Source: Vulcanimicrobiales bacterium (GTDB taxonomy: Bacteria; Vulcanimicrobiota; Vulcanimicrobiia; Vulcanimicrobiales; Vulcanimicrobiaceae). From it: a DNA stretch of 64,000 bases. The stretch lies in NCBI GenBank assembly GCA_038215615.1, contig JBBQQR010000005.1, forward strand, positions 32,001 to 96,000. The letters are read 5' to 3'. Positions 49,992 to 59,268 of this stretch are shown here, piece by piece (position 1 is the first letter of the stretch; each line of letters opens with the position of its first letter). The position numbers were made by a program, and so were the translations under genes. The notes beneath the pieces are model-generated. The model had not been told where the DNA came from, made no database searches, and worked only from the letters and a program-made list of their open reading frames with translations.

Positions 49992-50890
49992 GAAACGGCC
50001 TGCCGCGCACGCTCCAGCTCTTCGAAGTATGCTTCCGCTGCCAGCCTGCGCACCGCGCGAAGTTCGCCTCCGCTAAGTGGACGGTCGCCGGTCAGGCAGC
50101 CAAGGCTCGACCTCCGCCGGCTTGCGGCGCCGGAACCCCGCATCCATCCGTGCAGCAAGCGCTGCACCGGGTTATCGCCCGTCGCCAAATACGTGCGCCA
50201 ATGCGGGTGCAGCTTCGCCAGCTGCACGGCGGTCCTCGCCTGCGCGCGAGCCTGCCGCAGCATTTTTTCCACGTCCGCTGCGCGCGGGCGCGGCTTATAA
50301 TGATAGACCAGCGCGCGCGGATTGAAGGTCGCTTTCACACCGGCGAACCGCAAGCGCAATCCGACGTCGATGTCTTCCCAGCCGTACTCCGCGAAATCTT
50401 CGTTAAAACCGCCCGCGGCCCGCAGCGTATCGAGCGGCACCGAGACGTTGGTCGTCCAAAAGTAATTGCCGCTGTAATTGCGCAGACTCCAAACCGGCAA
50501 CGGCAAATCGTCGAAGTTTTCGACGTTAATGGCCCCGCCGCGAACGATCGCGCGGGGACGGCGCGCATGGCTGCGCAAGTGTTCTTCCACGAAATTCGGC
50601 AGCGGCAAAACGTCGTCGTCGATCAGAATGATGCGTTCGCCCGCGCAGCGCGCGAGCCCCGAGTTGCGGGCCTTTGCCAAGCCGCCATTTGGTTTGCTGA
50701 CAACGGTGAACGGGCACGTCGCGCGCGCTTGGGCTGCAGCGATCACGGCCGGCGTATCGTCGGTCGAACCGTCGTTGACGAGCACGACTTCGTAATCCGC
50801 GTACGACAAGGTCTGTTCGAAGCACGCGTCGAGAACGCGGCCCAGCAAATGCGCGCGGTTGTACGTGCAGAGTTGGATCGTCGCCTTCAT
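49988..50890 (-). CDS. Glycosyltransferase family 2
   Basis: TYNR, NDGSTD, IDDD, GGFNE.F..YGWED; ATG 50890. Confidence 0.92.
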   Translation of the reverse strand: MKATIQLCTYNRAHLLGRVLDACFEQTLSYADYEVVLVNDGSTDDTPAVIAAAQARATCPFTVVSKPNGGLAKARNSGLARCAGERIILIDDDVLPLPNFVEEHLRSHARRPRAIVRGGAINVENFDDLPLPVWSLRNYSGNYFWTTNVSVPLDTLRAAGGFNEDFAEYGWEDIDVGLRLRFAGVKATFNPRALVYHYKPRPRAADVEKMLRQARAQARTAVQLAKLHPHWRTYLATGDNPVQRLLHGWMRGSGAASRRRSSLGCLTGDRPLSGGELRAVRRLAAEAYFEELERARQAVS

Positions 50891-51900
50891 GCAGCTGCAG
50901 TCGCGCCGGTCAGCGATTCGATCGCAGCCATGATGCGCGGCACATCCAGGTTGGCAATGCACGCGTAGTCCGGGCAGGTCTCTTTACGTTCTCCCGGACG
51001 GCACGGGTAAGTTGCGCGAACGATCGCGGTCCGGTCGCCGAGCGGCGCCCAGCGATCGGGCGTATCGGTTTGAAAGGGATAGATGCCAACGGTCGGCGCT
51101 CCGCATGCCGCCGCGACGTGCATCGCGCCGGTCGTCACGCCCGCAAAAAATGCCGAGCGGCGCGCGATCGCACCGAACGATCCGATCGTGGTTTTTCCCG
51201 CGATGGCGAAGCCGCCGCCTCGCGCCACGACGCCTTCGACGATGTCGCGATCGTCCTCGCTGCCGCTCACCAGTACGGGCAGATTGAAGCGCGCGGCGAT
51301 CTCGCGCACCAGATTCGCCCAGCCTTCGAGCGGCCAAATTCCGCGCTCGCTCGCGATCGCGTTGGCGGGATGCACGAGCGCAAATCCGTTGCGCGCCAAG
51401 CCGAGTTCAGCGCAGAGCGCTTCGGCCTCGCGTTCGTCGCCGGATGACGGCTCGAAGCGCAGCACGAGTTTGTTGGACGGCACGACGTCGAGCGCGCGCG
51501 CGTAGTCCAGAAGAATCTGCGACCAATGCGTCGTGACATCGCCCTGCTCGCTTCGTACCGCGACTTTCTGCGTGAAGCGCCAAGAATAGAGCCGGTTCGC
51601 CTGGCCGACGCGCACGGGAATCTTGGCGAGCTGCGGAACGCGTGCCGTGTGCGGAGTCGCCCACGTAACGATCGCGGCGTCGTATCCGCGTCGCGCCAAC
51701 GATTCGGCCAGCGCGCGTTCGTCGCGACCGTCGTCGGTAAGCACGGCATCCAAGACGGGCACGCGTTCGAGTGCAGGACGGTGCGCCGGCAACGTCAGCG
51801 CATCCACAGTTTCGAACCGGTCCTTCAGAGCATCGGCAACGATCGTCGCCATGAGCGAATCGCCGATTCCGCCGCCCGCACAGTAGACCAGTGCGCGCAT
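50887..51900 (-). CDS. Glycosyltransferase family 9 (heptosyltransferase-like)
   Basis: GIGD, HP......WP, TGAMHVAAA.G.PTVG, RWAP, C-terminal Cys cluster. Confidence 0.88.
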   Translation of the reverse strand: MRALVYCAGGGIGDSLMATIVADALKDRFETVDALTLPAHRPALERVPVLDAVLTDDGRDERALAESLARRGYDAAIVTWATPHTARVPQLAKIPVRVGQANRLYSWRFTQKVAVRSEQGDVTTHWSQILLDYARALDVVPSNKLVLRFEPSSGDEREAEALCAELGLARNGFALVHPANAIASERGIWPLEGWANLVREIAARFNLPVLVSGSEDDRDIVEGVVARGGGFAIAGKTTIGSFGAIARRSAFFAGVTTGAMHVAAACGAPTVGIYPFQTDTPDRWAPLGDRTAIVRATYPCRPGERKETCPDYACIANLDVPRIMAAIESLTGATAAA

Positions 51901-51902
51901 CG

Positions 51903-52775
51903 CTACGCCTTCGATTTCAACGCGCGCGCGAGTTCGACGGTGTAGATGCCGTCGAGCAGCTGCGCACGCGCGAGCGCGCGCAGCGGAGCGGGCTTGCGTT
52001 CGTCGGTCGCGATCCCCGCATAAAGCGGCAGCATTCGTTCGAGCACGCGCGCGCGCAGCAAGTTTGCCGGGTGGGCCCCGGTTGCCGAGCGCACGCGCAA
52101 GCTGGAATCTTTCTGCACGAAACGCACGGCCATGCGCGCTTTTTCCAGCGCTTTACGCATCTCCAATTCCAGCGACGCCTCGCCGGGCGGCTTAATGTGC
52201 CAGATGTACGCGTCCCACGCGAATTTCGATCGCAATCCGGCGCGGCCCAGACGAACGCCGAGTTCGGTGTCCTCCCAGCCGTACAGATGGAACTGTTCGT
52301 CAAACCCTTGCTCGGCGCGCAACGCAGCCCGCGGGATGGAGACGTTGCACGTGCAAAGCGCGGCACGCGAATAGTTGGCGAGTACCGGTTTCGGCCGCTC
52401 GTGATACGTCGGCACGTTCACGATCGGGCCGTTGACGATCAGATTGCTCGCCTCGTGCGCCGCGTCGTGGGCCGCCAGCCAGCCCGGCGGCGCGTAGACG
52501 TCGTCGTCGCAAAACGCGACCAGATGTCCCTTGGCAACGTTGATGCCGCGATTGCGTGCCGCGCCGCGGTTAGGCCGCTCTTCGAAAACGTAGACGACCT
52601 CGAACGGGTGTTGCGTGCGCGCGCGCTCAACGATCTGCGCAGTCGCATCGGTCGAGCCGTTGTCGACGACTATCACTTCGAATGATGGCGCTCCAATCTG
52701 TTTGCCGAGCGACTCCAGCGCGCGATCCAAATACTCGGCGCGATCTTTGGTGGCAATAATGACCGACATGCGCAT
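51903..52775 (-). CDS. Glycosyltransferase family 2
   Basis: SVII.T.DR, VDNGSTD, FCDDD, YGWEDTELG.RL. Confidence 0.92.
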   Translation of the reverse strand: MRMSVIIATKDRAEYLDRALESLGKQIGAPSFEVIVVDNGSTDATAQIVERARTQHPFEVVYVFEERPNRGAARNRGINVAKGHLVAFCDDDVYAPPGWLAAHDAAHEASNLIVNGPIVNVPTYHERPKPVLANYSRAALCTCNVSIPRAALRAEQGFDEQFHLYGWEDTELGVRLGRAGLRSKFAWDAYIWHIKPPGEASLELEMRKALEKARMAVRFVQKDSSLRVRSATGAHPANLLRARVLERMLPLYAGIATDERKPAPLRALARAQLLDGIYTVELARALKSKA

Positions 52776-52776
52776 G

Positions 52777-53991
52777 CTAAGCCTGCATCTCCAGAAGGCG
52801 GCGCGCCATCCGGCCTGCGGCGCCGGCATGGTCTGCGTACAATTCGCGCAGCGCCTGCGACGACTCGGCCAAGCGCGCCTTATCGCCCCATAAGTCGAGC
52901 GCCTCGCGCGCGACGCGCCCGGGAGTCAGCGTGCCGTGCAGCTCGCGCACGATCTCGCGATTTGCGTCTATATTCGGCTGCGTGTGAAAACGAAAGCGCC
53001 GCGAGACGGCGGTAACGGCGATCTGTTTCAAACGCCGTCCGGCAAACGGAATGCGATCGAGATAGGTCAGGGGACCGTTTATCGCGGCGAACTCCGCTAC
53101 GTTGAGCGGGGTACAAGACAATACGGGCGCTCCGATCGCGGCCAGCTCGATCACTTTCGTACCTGGAAGCGTCACGGTCAAACGCGCACGCGCGGCGGCG
53201 GCCAGGGCATTGCGCAGGATGGGAAACGTCTGCGTACCGTCGAGTGATGACAGCGCGGGTCCGCCGGGCATCTGGATGATCCGACCCGCGTGCGAGTACA
53301 TGCGAGGGTCGCCGCTGGCTTCGATCGCCAAGCGTACGGCTTCCATCGTGGTGAACGGCGAAATGCCGAACGCGATCGGCATGGCCGGGTCTTCCTGGCG
53401 GATCGCCAGTGCCGCGGTGAAGAAAAACGGAATCATGTACTGAACTTCATAGCGGCGCGACCCCGGCATGAATAGGATGCCGCCGGCCGGCGCGCCGGGT
53501 TCGGCTTCCAGCGAAGCTTCGGCAAACGCGCCGTCGATCGCAAGGTTCCCGCTGACGATGACGCGCTTGGGATCGAGACCCTCCGCAATCAGCACGGCCG
53601 CGTTTTTGGCGTCGACGGCAAAAGCCCGCTCGGTATAGCGCGCGTACTTACGACGCGTAAAACGATACGTCGCGAATTTTCCGCCGGCTTTGCGGTGCAG
53701 GCGCGCCGCGTGCATCAAATCCCCTCCGAGGTAAAGCGTGACGTCGACCCGCTCGGGCAACCCGGCGATCGGCCGGCCCAGGATCGTCTTCAGATACGTT
53801 TTCGCATCGTAGACGTGGGCCTGCGGAAAGAGGGCGCGCACGAACTCCGGCTCCGCGCCCGTCGCGAAATCGTCGGGCACGTAGCAGACGTGCACGTCGG
53901 CCGCCGGCTCCAGGGAATAGAGCTCGCGAAGCAACGGCCGCAGCCAGCCGGCAGTTTCGCCCGGGCCGTTACAGGTGATGGCAATTTTCAC
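52777..53991 (-). CDS. Lipid-A-disaccharide synthase-related (LpxB-like) GT-B protein
   Basis: NGPGE..GW, LGGD, MPGSR, PGT...EL, PNI.A.REIV.EL. Confidence 0.65.
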   Translation of the reverse strand: MKIAITCNGPGETAGWLRPLLRELYSLEPAADVHVCYVPDDFATGAEPEFVRALFPQAHVYDAKTYLKTILGRPIAGLPERVDVTLYLGGDLMHAARLHRKAGGKFATYRFTRRKYARYTERAFAVDAKNAAVLIAEGLDPKRVIVSGNLAIDGAFAEASLEAEPGAPAGGILFMPGSRRYEVQYMIPFFFTAALAIRQEDPAMPIAFGISPFTTMEAVRLAIEASGDPRMYSHAGRIIQMPGGPALSSLDGTQTFPILRNALAAAARARLTVTLPGTKVIELAAIGAPVLSCTPLNVAEFAAINGPLTYLDRIPFAGRRLKQIAVTAVSRRFRFHTQPNIDANREIVRELHGTLTPGRVAREALDLWGDKARLAESSQALRELYADHAGAAGRMARRLLEMQA

Positions 53992-54455
53992 TCGCCGTAA
54001 GACTTCAATATGCGCGCGATGAGTTCTGTCGTGCTGACGCCTTCAACGTGCGGAGCGAGTTTGATAACGCCGCCGTGCTGCAGCACCACGTCGCGCTCGG
54101 GCAGTTCGTCTTCCCGGTATTGCGAGCTCTTCACGTGCACGTCCGGACGAATCTTGTCGAGCAGCACTTCGGGCGTGCGCTCGCTGAAGCCGACGACCGC
54201 ATCCACGCTGCGCAGCGCGGCCAGCACACGTGCGCGATCCGCAAAAGGTACGATCGGCCGCGCCGGTCCCTTGATACGCTTGACCGAGTCGTCCTCGTTC
54301 AACCCGACGATCAACGCGTCGCCTTGCTCGCGTGCCCAGGCTAAATACTCGACGTGGCCCGCGTGCAAAACGTCGAAACATCCGTTGGTGAAGACGACGC
54401 GCCGGCCCGCCGCGCGGTGCTCTTCACGCCACGCGAGGGCGGCATCGAGCGTCAA
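53988..54455 (-). CDS. rfaE2: D-glycero-beta-D-manno-heptose 1-phosphate adenylyltransferase (HldE domain II)
   Basis: VFTNGCFDVLHAGHV, GLN.D.SV...KG..RP, STT; TTG 54455. Confidence 0.93.
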   Translation of the reverse strand: MTLDAALAWREEHRAAGRRVVFTNGCFDVLHAGHVEYLAWAREQGDALIVGLNEDDSVKRIKGPARPIVPFADRARVLAALRSVDAVVGFSERTPEVLLDKIRPDVHVKSSQYREDELPERDVVLQHGGVIKLAPHVEGVSTTELIARILKSYGE

Positions 54456-55438
54456 GAGGTCCTCTCCATGAGCGCCACGATCTCGGCGGCGGAAGCCGTC
54501 GCCGTTCCCAATTTCTCGACGACCGCGCCGGCGGCAAAATTCGCCAGCTGCAGTGCCAGTTCGATCGGCGCGCCTGCCGCGAGCCCAAGCGAGAGTACGG
54601 CGGTGACCGTATCGCCCGCACCGCTGACATCGTAAACCGTACGCGCAACCGACGGAATATGCAGCTTCTCGCCGTCGCGGCCGAGTAGCGACATGCCGTG
54701 TTCGCCGCGCGTAATTACGACGTAGCGGCAGCTCAGCTCGCGCAGCAGAGATTCGCCGGCGCGCTCGAGCGATGCGTCCGAACGGATCGCGATGCCAGTA
54801 GCCTGCTCGGCTTCCTGCGCGTTGGGCGCAACACACGTGACGCCGGCAAAGAGTTCGAGGTTTTGCGGTTTGGGATCGGCGACGACGATCGGACAGGCGA
54901 GCGCCGCTTCGACGAGTTCGCGCGAAAAAAGCCCTTTGGCGTAATCGCTCAGCACCACCGCGTCGGCGGCGGCCGCCTCACGCGCCACGATCTTGGCGAG
55001 CTTCAGACGATCGGCGGCATCGAGCGGAGTGGTCGCCTCCCAATCCGCGCGCACGACCTGTTGGTTGTGCGCGACGACTCGCGTCTTGCGCGTTGTCGGG
55101 CGGTCTGACATCGTCACGAGCCCTTCGCTGCCGATGCCTTCGTCGGCCAGCAAATCGGTAACGAAATGTGCGAAGGCGTCCGCGCCAACGGCTCCGACGA
55201 ACGTCACCTGCGCGCCGAGTGCGCGTAAGTTGTTGGCGACGTTCCCCGCGCCGCCCAGCGTGAACGAGTGGTCGCTGACGGCGACAACGGGCACGGGTGC
55301 TTCGGGCGAGATGCGCGAGACGCTGCCCCAAATCCATTCATCGACCATCACGTCTCCGACCACGAGCACGCGCCGTTCGCGCATGCGTTCGAAGAGTGTG
55401 CGTGCGTCGGGAGGCGCCAGCGGTTGCGTGCGGCTCAT
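54452..55438 (-). CDS. rfaE1: D-glycero-beta-D-manno-heptose-7-phosphate kinase (HldE domain I)
   Basis: GDVMVD, RISPEAPVPV, SDYAKG, DVSGAGDTV. Confidence 0.94.
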   Translation of the reverse strand: MSRTQPLAPPDARTLFERMRERRVLVVGDVMVDEWIWGSVSRISPEAPVPVVAVSDHSFTLGGAGNVANNLRALGAQVTFVGAVGADAFAHFVTDLLADEGIGSEGLVTMSDRPTTRKTRVVAHNQQVVRADWEATTPLDAADRLKLAKIVAREAAAADAVVLSDYAKGLFSRELVEAALACPIVVADPKPQNLELFAGVTCVAPNAQEAEQATGIAIRSDASLERAGESLLRELSCRYVVITRGEHGMSLLGRDGEKLHIPSVARTVYDVSGAGDTVTAVLSLGLAAGAPIELALQLANFAAGAVVEKLGTATASAAEIVALMERTS

Positions 55439-55450
55439 TATAAGGAAGCT

Positions 55451-56044
55451 TTAGACCTCGAAGATCATGCGCTGTTCGACGAGATCGCAGACGATGTGCG
55501 CCATCGTCTGATGGACCTCTTGCACGATCGCAGAGTATCCGTCGGGGCCGAGCAGCACTAAATCGGCGGCGCGGCCGGCATCGCCGCCACCGTTACCGGT
55601 AAATGCGACCGTTACTGCTTCACGGCGCTTGGCTTCTTCCAGCGCGAGCACGATGTTTTTGGAACTTCCGCTCGTGGTCATGGCGATAACGACGTCGCCG
55701 GCCTGCACGAATGCTTCCACTTGACGCGCGAAGACGTAATCGTAACCGAAGTCGTTGCCGATTGCGGTCAGCGCCGACGTATTGACGCTCAGCGCCTCGC
55801 TATGGAGTCCGGGCCGCTCGCGCAAAAAGCGTCCGCTCAATTCGGCGGCCATGTGCTGGGCCTCCGCCGCGCTGCCGCCGTTTCCCATCCATAAAACTTT
55901 GTTGCCGCGGCGCAGCGCTTTCACGATCGCATCGGCAATGGCTTCGACTTGCGCGCGATAGTGCGGCGCGTCAAGCATACCGTGCCGGTCTGCGATCAGC
56001 TCGGCGTAGCCGCGGCGAGCGCGAACGTCTATGGTTCGATCCAA
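55451..56044 (-). CDS. gmhA: Phosphoheptose isomerase
   Basis: GNGGSAA.AQH.AAEL.GRF..ER, TAIGND.GY, TSG.S.N, QEVH....H. Confidence 0.94.
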   Translation of the reverse strand: MDRTIDVRARRGYAELIADRHGMLDAPHYRAQVEAIADAIVKALRRGNKVLWMGNGGSAAEAQHMAAELSGRFLRERPGLHSEALSVNTSALTAIGNDFGYDYVFARQVEAFVQAGDVVIAMTTSGSSKNIVLALEEAKRREAVTVAFTGNGGGDAGRAADLVLLGPDGYSAIVQEVHQTMAHIVCDLVEQRMIFEV

Positions 56045-56460
56045 AAGAGTTCCTGGCCGAGCGAAACGAGCTCGCCGTTCTCCGGTACGATGCGGCTGAC
56101 GATGCCGGAATAGTCGCTCGTGATCTCGTTGAACAATTTCATGGCTTCGAGAATGCAGAGCACCTGCCCGGCTTCGACGCGATCGCCTTCCTTGACGAAA
56201 GACTCCGCATCGGGCGCGGCCGAGCGGTAAAAGACGCCCACGAGGGGCGCGGTCACTTTCTTGACATTGGGCGAAGCGGCCGGCGCCGAAGACGCCGGAG
56301 GCGCGCCCGCGGCAGCGGCGGGCCCAAGCGCCGCGACGGGGCCTCCCGGCTCGCGCCGGACCAACTCGAAAATCGCGTCGCCAACCTTGACTTTGAGCGC
56401 GTCGAGATCATTCTCGTGCATGATCTCGAGCAATTCTTTAAGGGTCTGCTGCTCGTCCAT
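56029..56460 (-). CDS. accB: Acetyl-CoA carboxylase biotin carboxyl carrier protein
   Basis: Ala/Pro linker, [18 protein letters not shown]. Confidence 0.95.
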   Translation of the reverse strand: MDEQQTLKELLEIMHENDLDALKVKVGDAIFELVRREPGGPVAALGPAAAAGAPPASSAPAASPNVKKVTAPLVGVFYRSAAPDAESFVKEGDRVEAGQVLCILEAMKLFNEITSDYSGIVSRIVPENGELVSLGQELFWIEP

Positions 56461-57728
56461 TACTCCCTCATTTCACCGAGGGCCTCAAGAGTATCTTTTC
56501 CGAAGGGTAAGGGGCGGTCCGTGCGCGTCTCCAGGTCGCGTAAAACGATCCGTCCCTCGGCCAACTCTTGCTCGCCCAGGATGAGCGCATAGCGCGCGTT
56601 GTTGCGGTCGGCTAGCTTGAGCTGCGCAAGCAGTTTCCGGTCACCGTAATCGATAAAGATGGGCCAGCCGCTTGTGCGCCGGAGCGCGGCTACCAAAGGC
56701 AGCAGCGCTTGCAGCGCCTGAGCTCCGATCGCGATCGCCTGCACGCCTTCGCGGCGCGCTTCCCCGCTCGTGCCGGCCGATTCGACCGCCCATAAAAAAC
56801 GCTCCAGGCCGAACGCGAAACCCACGGCGGGAACATCGGGTCCGCCGAGCGATCCGACCAGTCCGTCGTACCGCCCGCCCGCGCAAATCGTATTCTGCGC
56901 GCCGAGCGCGTCGGAGCGGAATTCGAAAACGGTGCGCGTGTAATAATCCAAACCGCGCACGATCTGTGCGTCGACTTCGTACGCTATGCCGTCCGCATCG
57001 AGCACGCGTTTGACGCCATCGAAATGCGCCCGGCATTCCGCGCACAAGAAATCTTCGAACGCAGGCGCGCTCGCGACGAGTTCGCGATCTTCAGCCGCCT
57101 TGCTGTCCAAAACGCGCAGCGGATTGCGCTCCAACCTGCGCTGGGAGTCCGCGCTTAGCGAATCGCGGTGCGGCAAAAAATGCGCGCGCAAAGCGTCGCG
57201 ATATTTCGGCCGGCATTTTTCGTCGCCGATAGAGTTGAGCTTCAGTGTAACGCCCGCGATCTTATACGCCTGCAGCAGATCCCACGCCAGCGAGATCACC
57301 TCCGCGTCGGCTTCGGGCTGCGCGTAGCCGGCGCACTCGATCCCGAACTGATGTGACTGGCGGTAGCGTCCGGCTTGCGGACGCTCGTAACGAAAGATGG
57401 GACCAAGATAGTACAGCCGCTGCGGATCTTGGACGAAGAGACCGTGCTGCAATGCGGCGCGCACGACGGGCGCCGTCCATTCAGGGCGCAGCGTCATGCT
57501 ACGGCCGCCCTTGTCGTCGAACGTGTACATTTCTTTTTCGACGATGTCGCTCGTCTCGCCGACGCCGCGCACGAAAAGCTCGGTCGATTCGAAGATCGGC
57601 GTTCGTATCTCCCCGTAGCCGTAGCGCCGCGACAACGTGTGGATGCGCGCCTCAAGCTCTTGCCAGCGGCCGGACTCCGGCGGAAAAATATCTTGCGTGC
57701 CGCGCGGCGCCGCGAGCTTCGAAGGCAT
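56460..57728 (-). CDS. hisS: Histidine--tRNA ligase
   Basis: [37 protein letters not shown]. Confidence 0.98.
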   Translation of the reverse strand: MPSKLAAPRGTQDIFPPESGRWQELEARIHTLSRRYGYGEIRTPIFESTELFVRGVGETSDIVEKEMYTFDDKGGRSMTLRPEWTAPVVRAALQHGLFVQDPQRLYYLGPIFRYERPQAGRYRQSHQFGIECAGYAQPEADAEVISLAWDLLQAYKIAGVTLKLNSIGDEKCRPKYRDALRAHFLPHRDSLSADSQRRLERNPLRVLDSKAAEDRELVASAPAFEDFLCAECRAHFDGVKRVLDADGIAYEVDAQIVRGLDYYTRTVFEFRSDALGAQNTICAGGRYDGLVGSLGGPDVPAVGFAFGLERFLWAVESAGTSGEARREGVQAIAIGAQALQALLPLVAALRRTSGWPIFIDYGDRKLLAQLKLADRNNARYALILGEQELAEGRIVLRDLETRTDRPLPFGKDTLEALGEMRE

Positions 57729-57802
57729 GGCGCAGTCTTTAAAAGGCGCTCGGGCCGGACCTGCCCCTAGCGTGAGGCGCCGCAGAACGTGATTGGAGAA
57801 TC

Positions 57803-58869
57803 GTGGTCAGCGTGATTCTCGTCAATGCCGCGGCGATTTTGCTTGAAAGCGCGCCGTTCATTCTCGCAGGAGCAATCTGCGCGCGGATTCCACAGCGCTT
57901 CGGCCGGACGATCGTTCCCTACTTGGGCTGTGGATGCGGGCCCGGACTTTAGCGCGCTCGCTTCCCGCGTTTGCCGCCGCGTGGATCGTTTTCGGTCCAC
58001 TTGTCGCCGGCGCCCGGCTAGGCGCGGCGATCGCATTTCAAAAGCTCGCCGGCAGAAACCGCTGCGCTGGTCATGGCGATTCCGTGCTGGGCGAACTTCG
58101 AGCAATCGTGCCCTTCGCGTTGGGCGGAGCCGCGCTGCTTCCGCTGCTGCCGGCGATTGCGGGCCTGCATCTTCCGATGGCCGCGATCGCTGCAGCTGCT
58201 GCAGTTACCGCCTTCGCCACGTCGCCGTGCGCCCTCGGCACGATCGGCATCGCCGGGATCGCGCGCGGGGTCGCACCCGCCGCCGCGGCCGGATTTCTGT
58301 GCGTTGCCGGCATCTTCGATCTTCGCGCATGGTCGCGCAGCGCGGAGCCGCCCGCGAGCCACGATTGCATCGCGTATGTCCTCACGTTCGTCGCGTGCTC
58401 GCTCGCGGCGGTTCGCGGCGGCGGTTCGCTGGTCAACCCGAGGTTCACACCGGCGCTCTGGATCTGTGCGATTGCATGCGCCTATCTCGCGCACCGGTAC
58501 CGGGCGCATGCACGACCGGCATTGCGAATCGGACCGGCGATCATGCTTGCCGGCTGCGTTCTCGGTGCGCCTGTGCCGGTCTACTATGCAACGCAAACCA
58601 CGCTCGCCGGCGCGTTTCCCGGCGAACGGATCGATTTCACCGGCGCCGTGGTCCGGTCCGAAAAAGAAACCGCGCTGGTGCGCTACGCAATCACCTGCTG
58701 CCGCGCCGATGCCGCGCCAATCTCGATTCGTTTGGATTCATCTGCCGCCGTTGGGTCGGGCTGGGCGCGCGCGCGCGGCACGCTCGTGCTGCGAAATGGA
58801 GAACTGCGCTTGCACGCCGGAAAGATCGAAGCGGTCCCGGCGCCCGCCGATCCTTTTGTCTACCGCTAA
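57803..58869 (+). pseudogene. Frameshifted permease (DUF318/YcgR-like) fused to a DUF1980/YcgQ-like C-terminal domain
   Basis: GGAG SD + GTG 57803 gives ...LLESAPFILAG...LGCGCGPGL then TAG 57950-57952. The protein continues in the -1 frame (ARSLPAF...SPCA...RYAITCCRADA). Confidence 0.65.
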
Positions 58870-59258
58870 GTGCGAACGCGCGCTTCCAGCAGCTCGACGG
58901 GGATGCCGTTGGGATCTTCCACAAAGGCGAGTGCGCCCGCTCCGCTCGGCGATTTCTTCACGTCTTTGACGATCTTCACACCTTGTTCTCGCAGTCGCGC
59001 AATGAAAGGTTCCAGCTTCCCATCGATCTCGAGCGCGAGGTGCTCGTAACGGTTACCGACTTCATACGGCGGGTGATCCTCGAGGTCGTAGACGAGCTCG
59101 ATGTACGCGTGCCAGTCGTTTCCGACAAACGCCATGTCCGCGTTGCCCGGGTAGTGCAGCGGGCCTTCGAGCAGCTTCAGCCCGAGCGTCTTGGTGTAGA
59201 AATCGATCGACTCTTGCATGTCGTTAACGAAGATCGATGTATGCAGGTAACGTGCCAT
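58866..59258 (-). CDS. VOC family / lactoylglutathione lyase-like
   Basis: LHT.I.V.D...SIDFY...LG, IEL, HLA, FVEDPNG..VEL; AGGAG SD, ATG 59258. Confidence 0.9.
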   Translation of the reverse strand: MARYLHTSIFVNDMQESIDFYTKTLGLKLLEGPLHYPGNADMAFVGNDWHAYIELVYDLEDHPPYEVGNRYEHLALEIDGKLEPFIARLREQGVKIVKDVKKSPSGAGALAFVEDPNGIPVELLEARVRT

Positions 59259-59268
59259 TCCAATTCTC

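Noticed and set aside
56028..56044. Non-canonical ATA start for gmhA
   Set aside because: An in-frame TTG at 56044 with an AGGA SD explains initiation adequately.
57947..57952. prfB-style programmed +1 frameshift at CTT-TAG
   Set aside because: Continuation requires the -1 frame. The +1 frame is the junk 57825 ORF, and there is no suitably placed internal SD.
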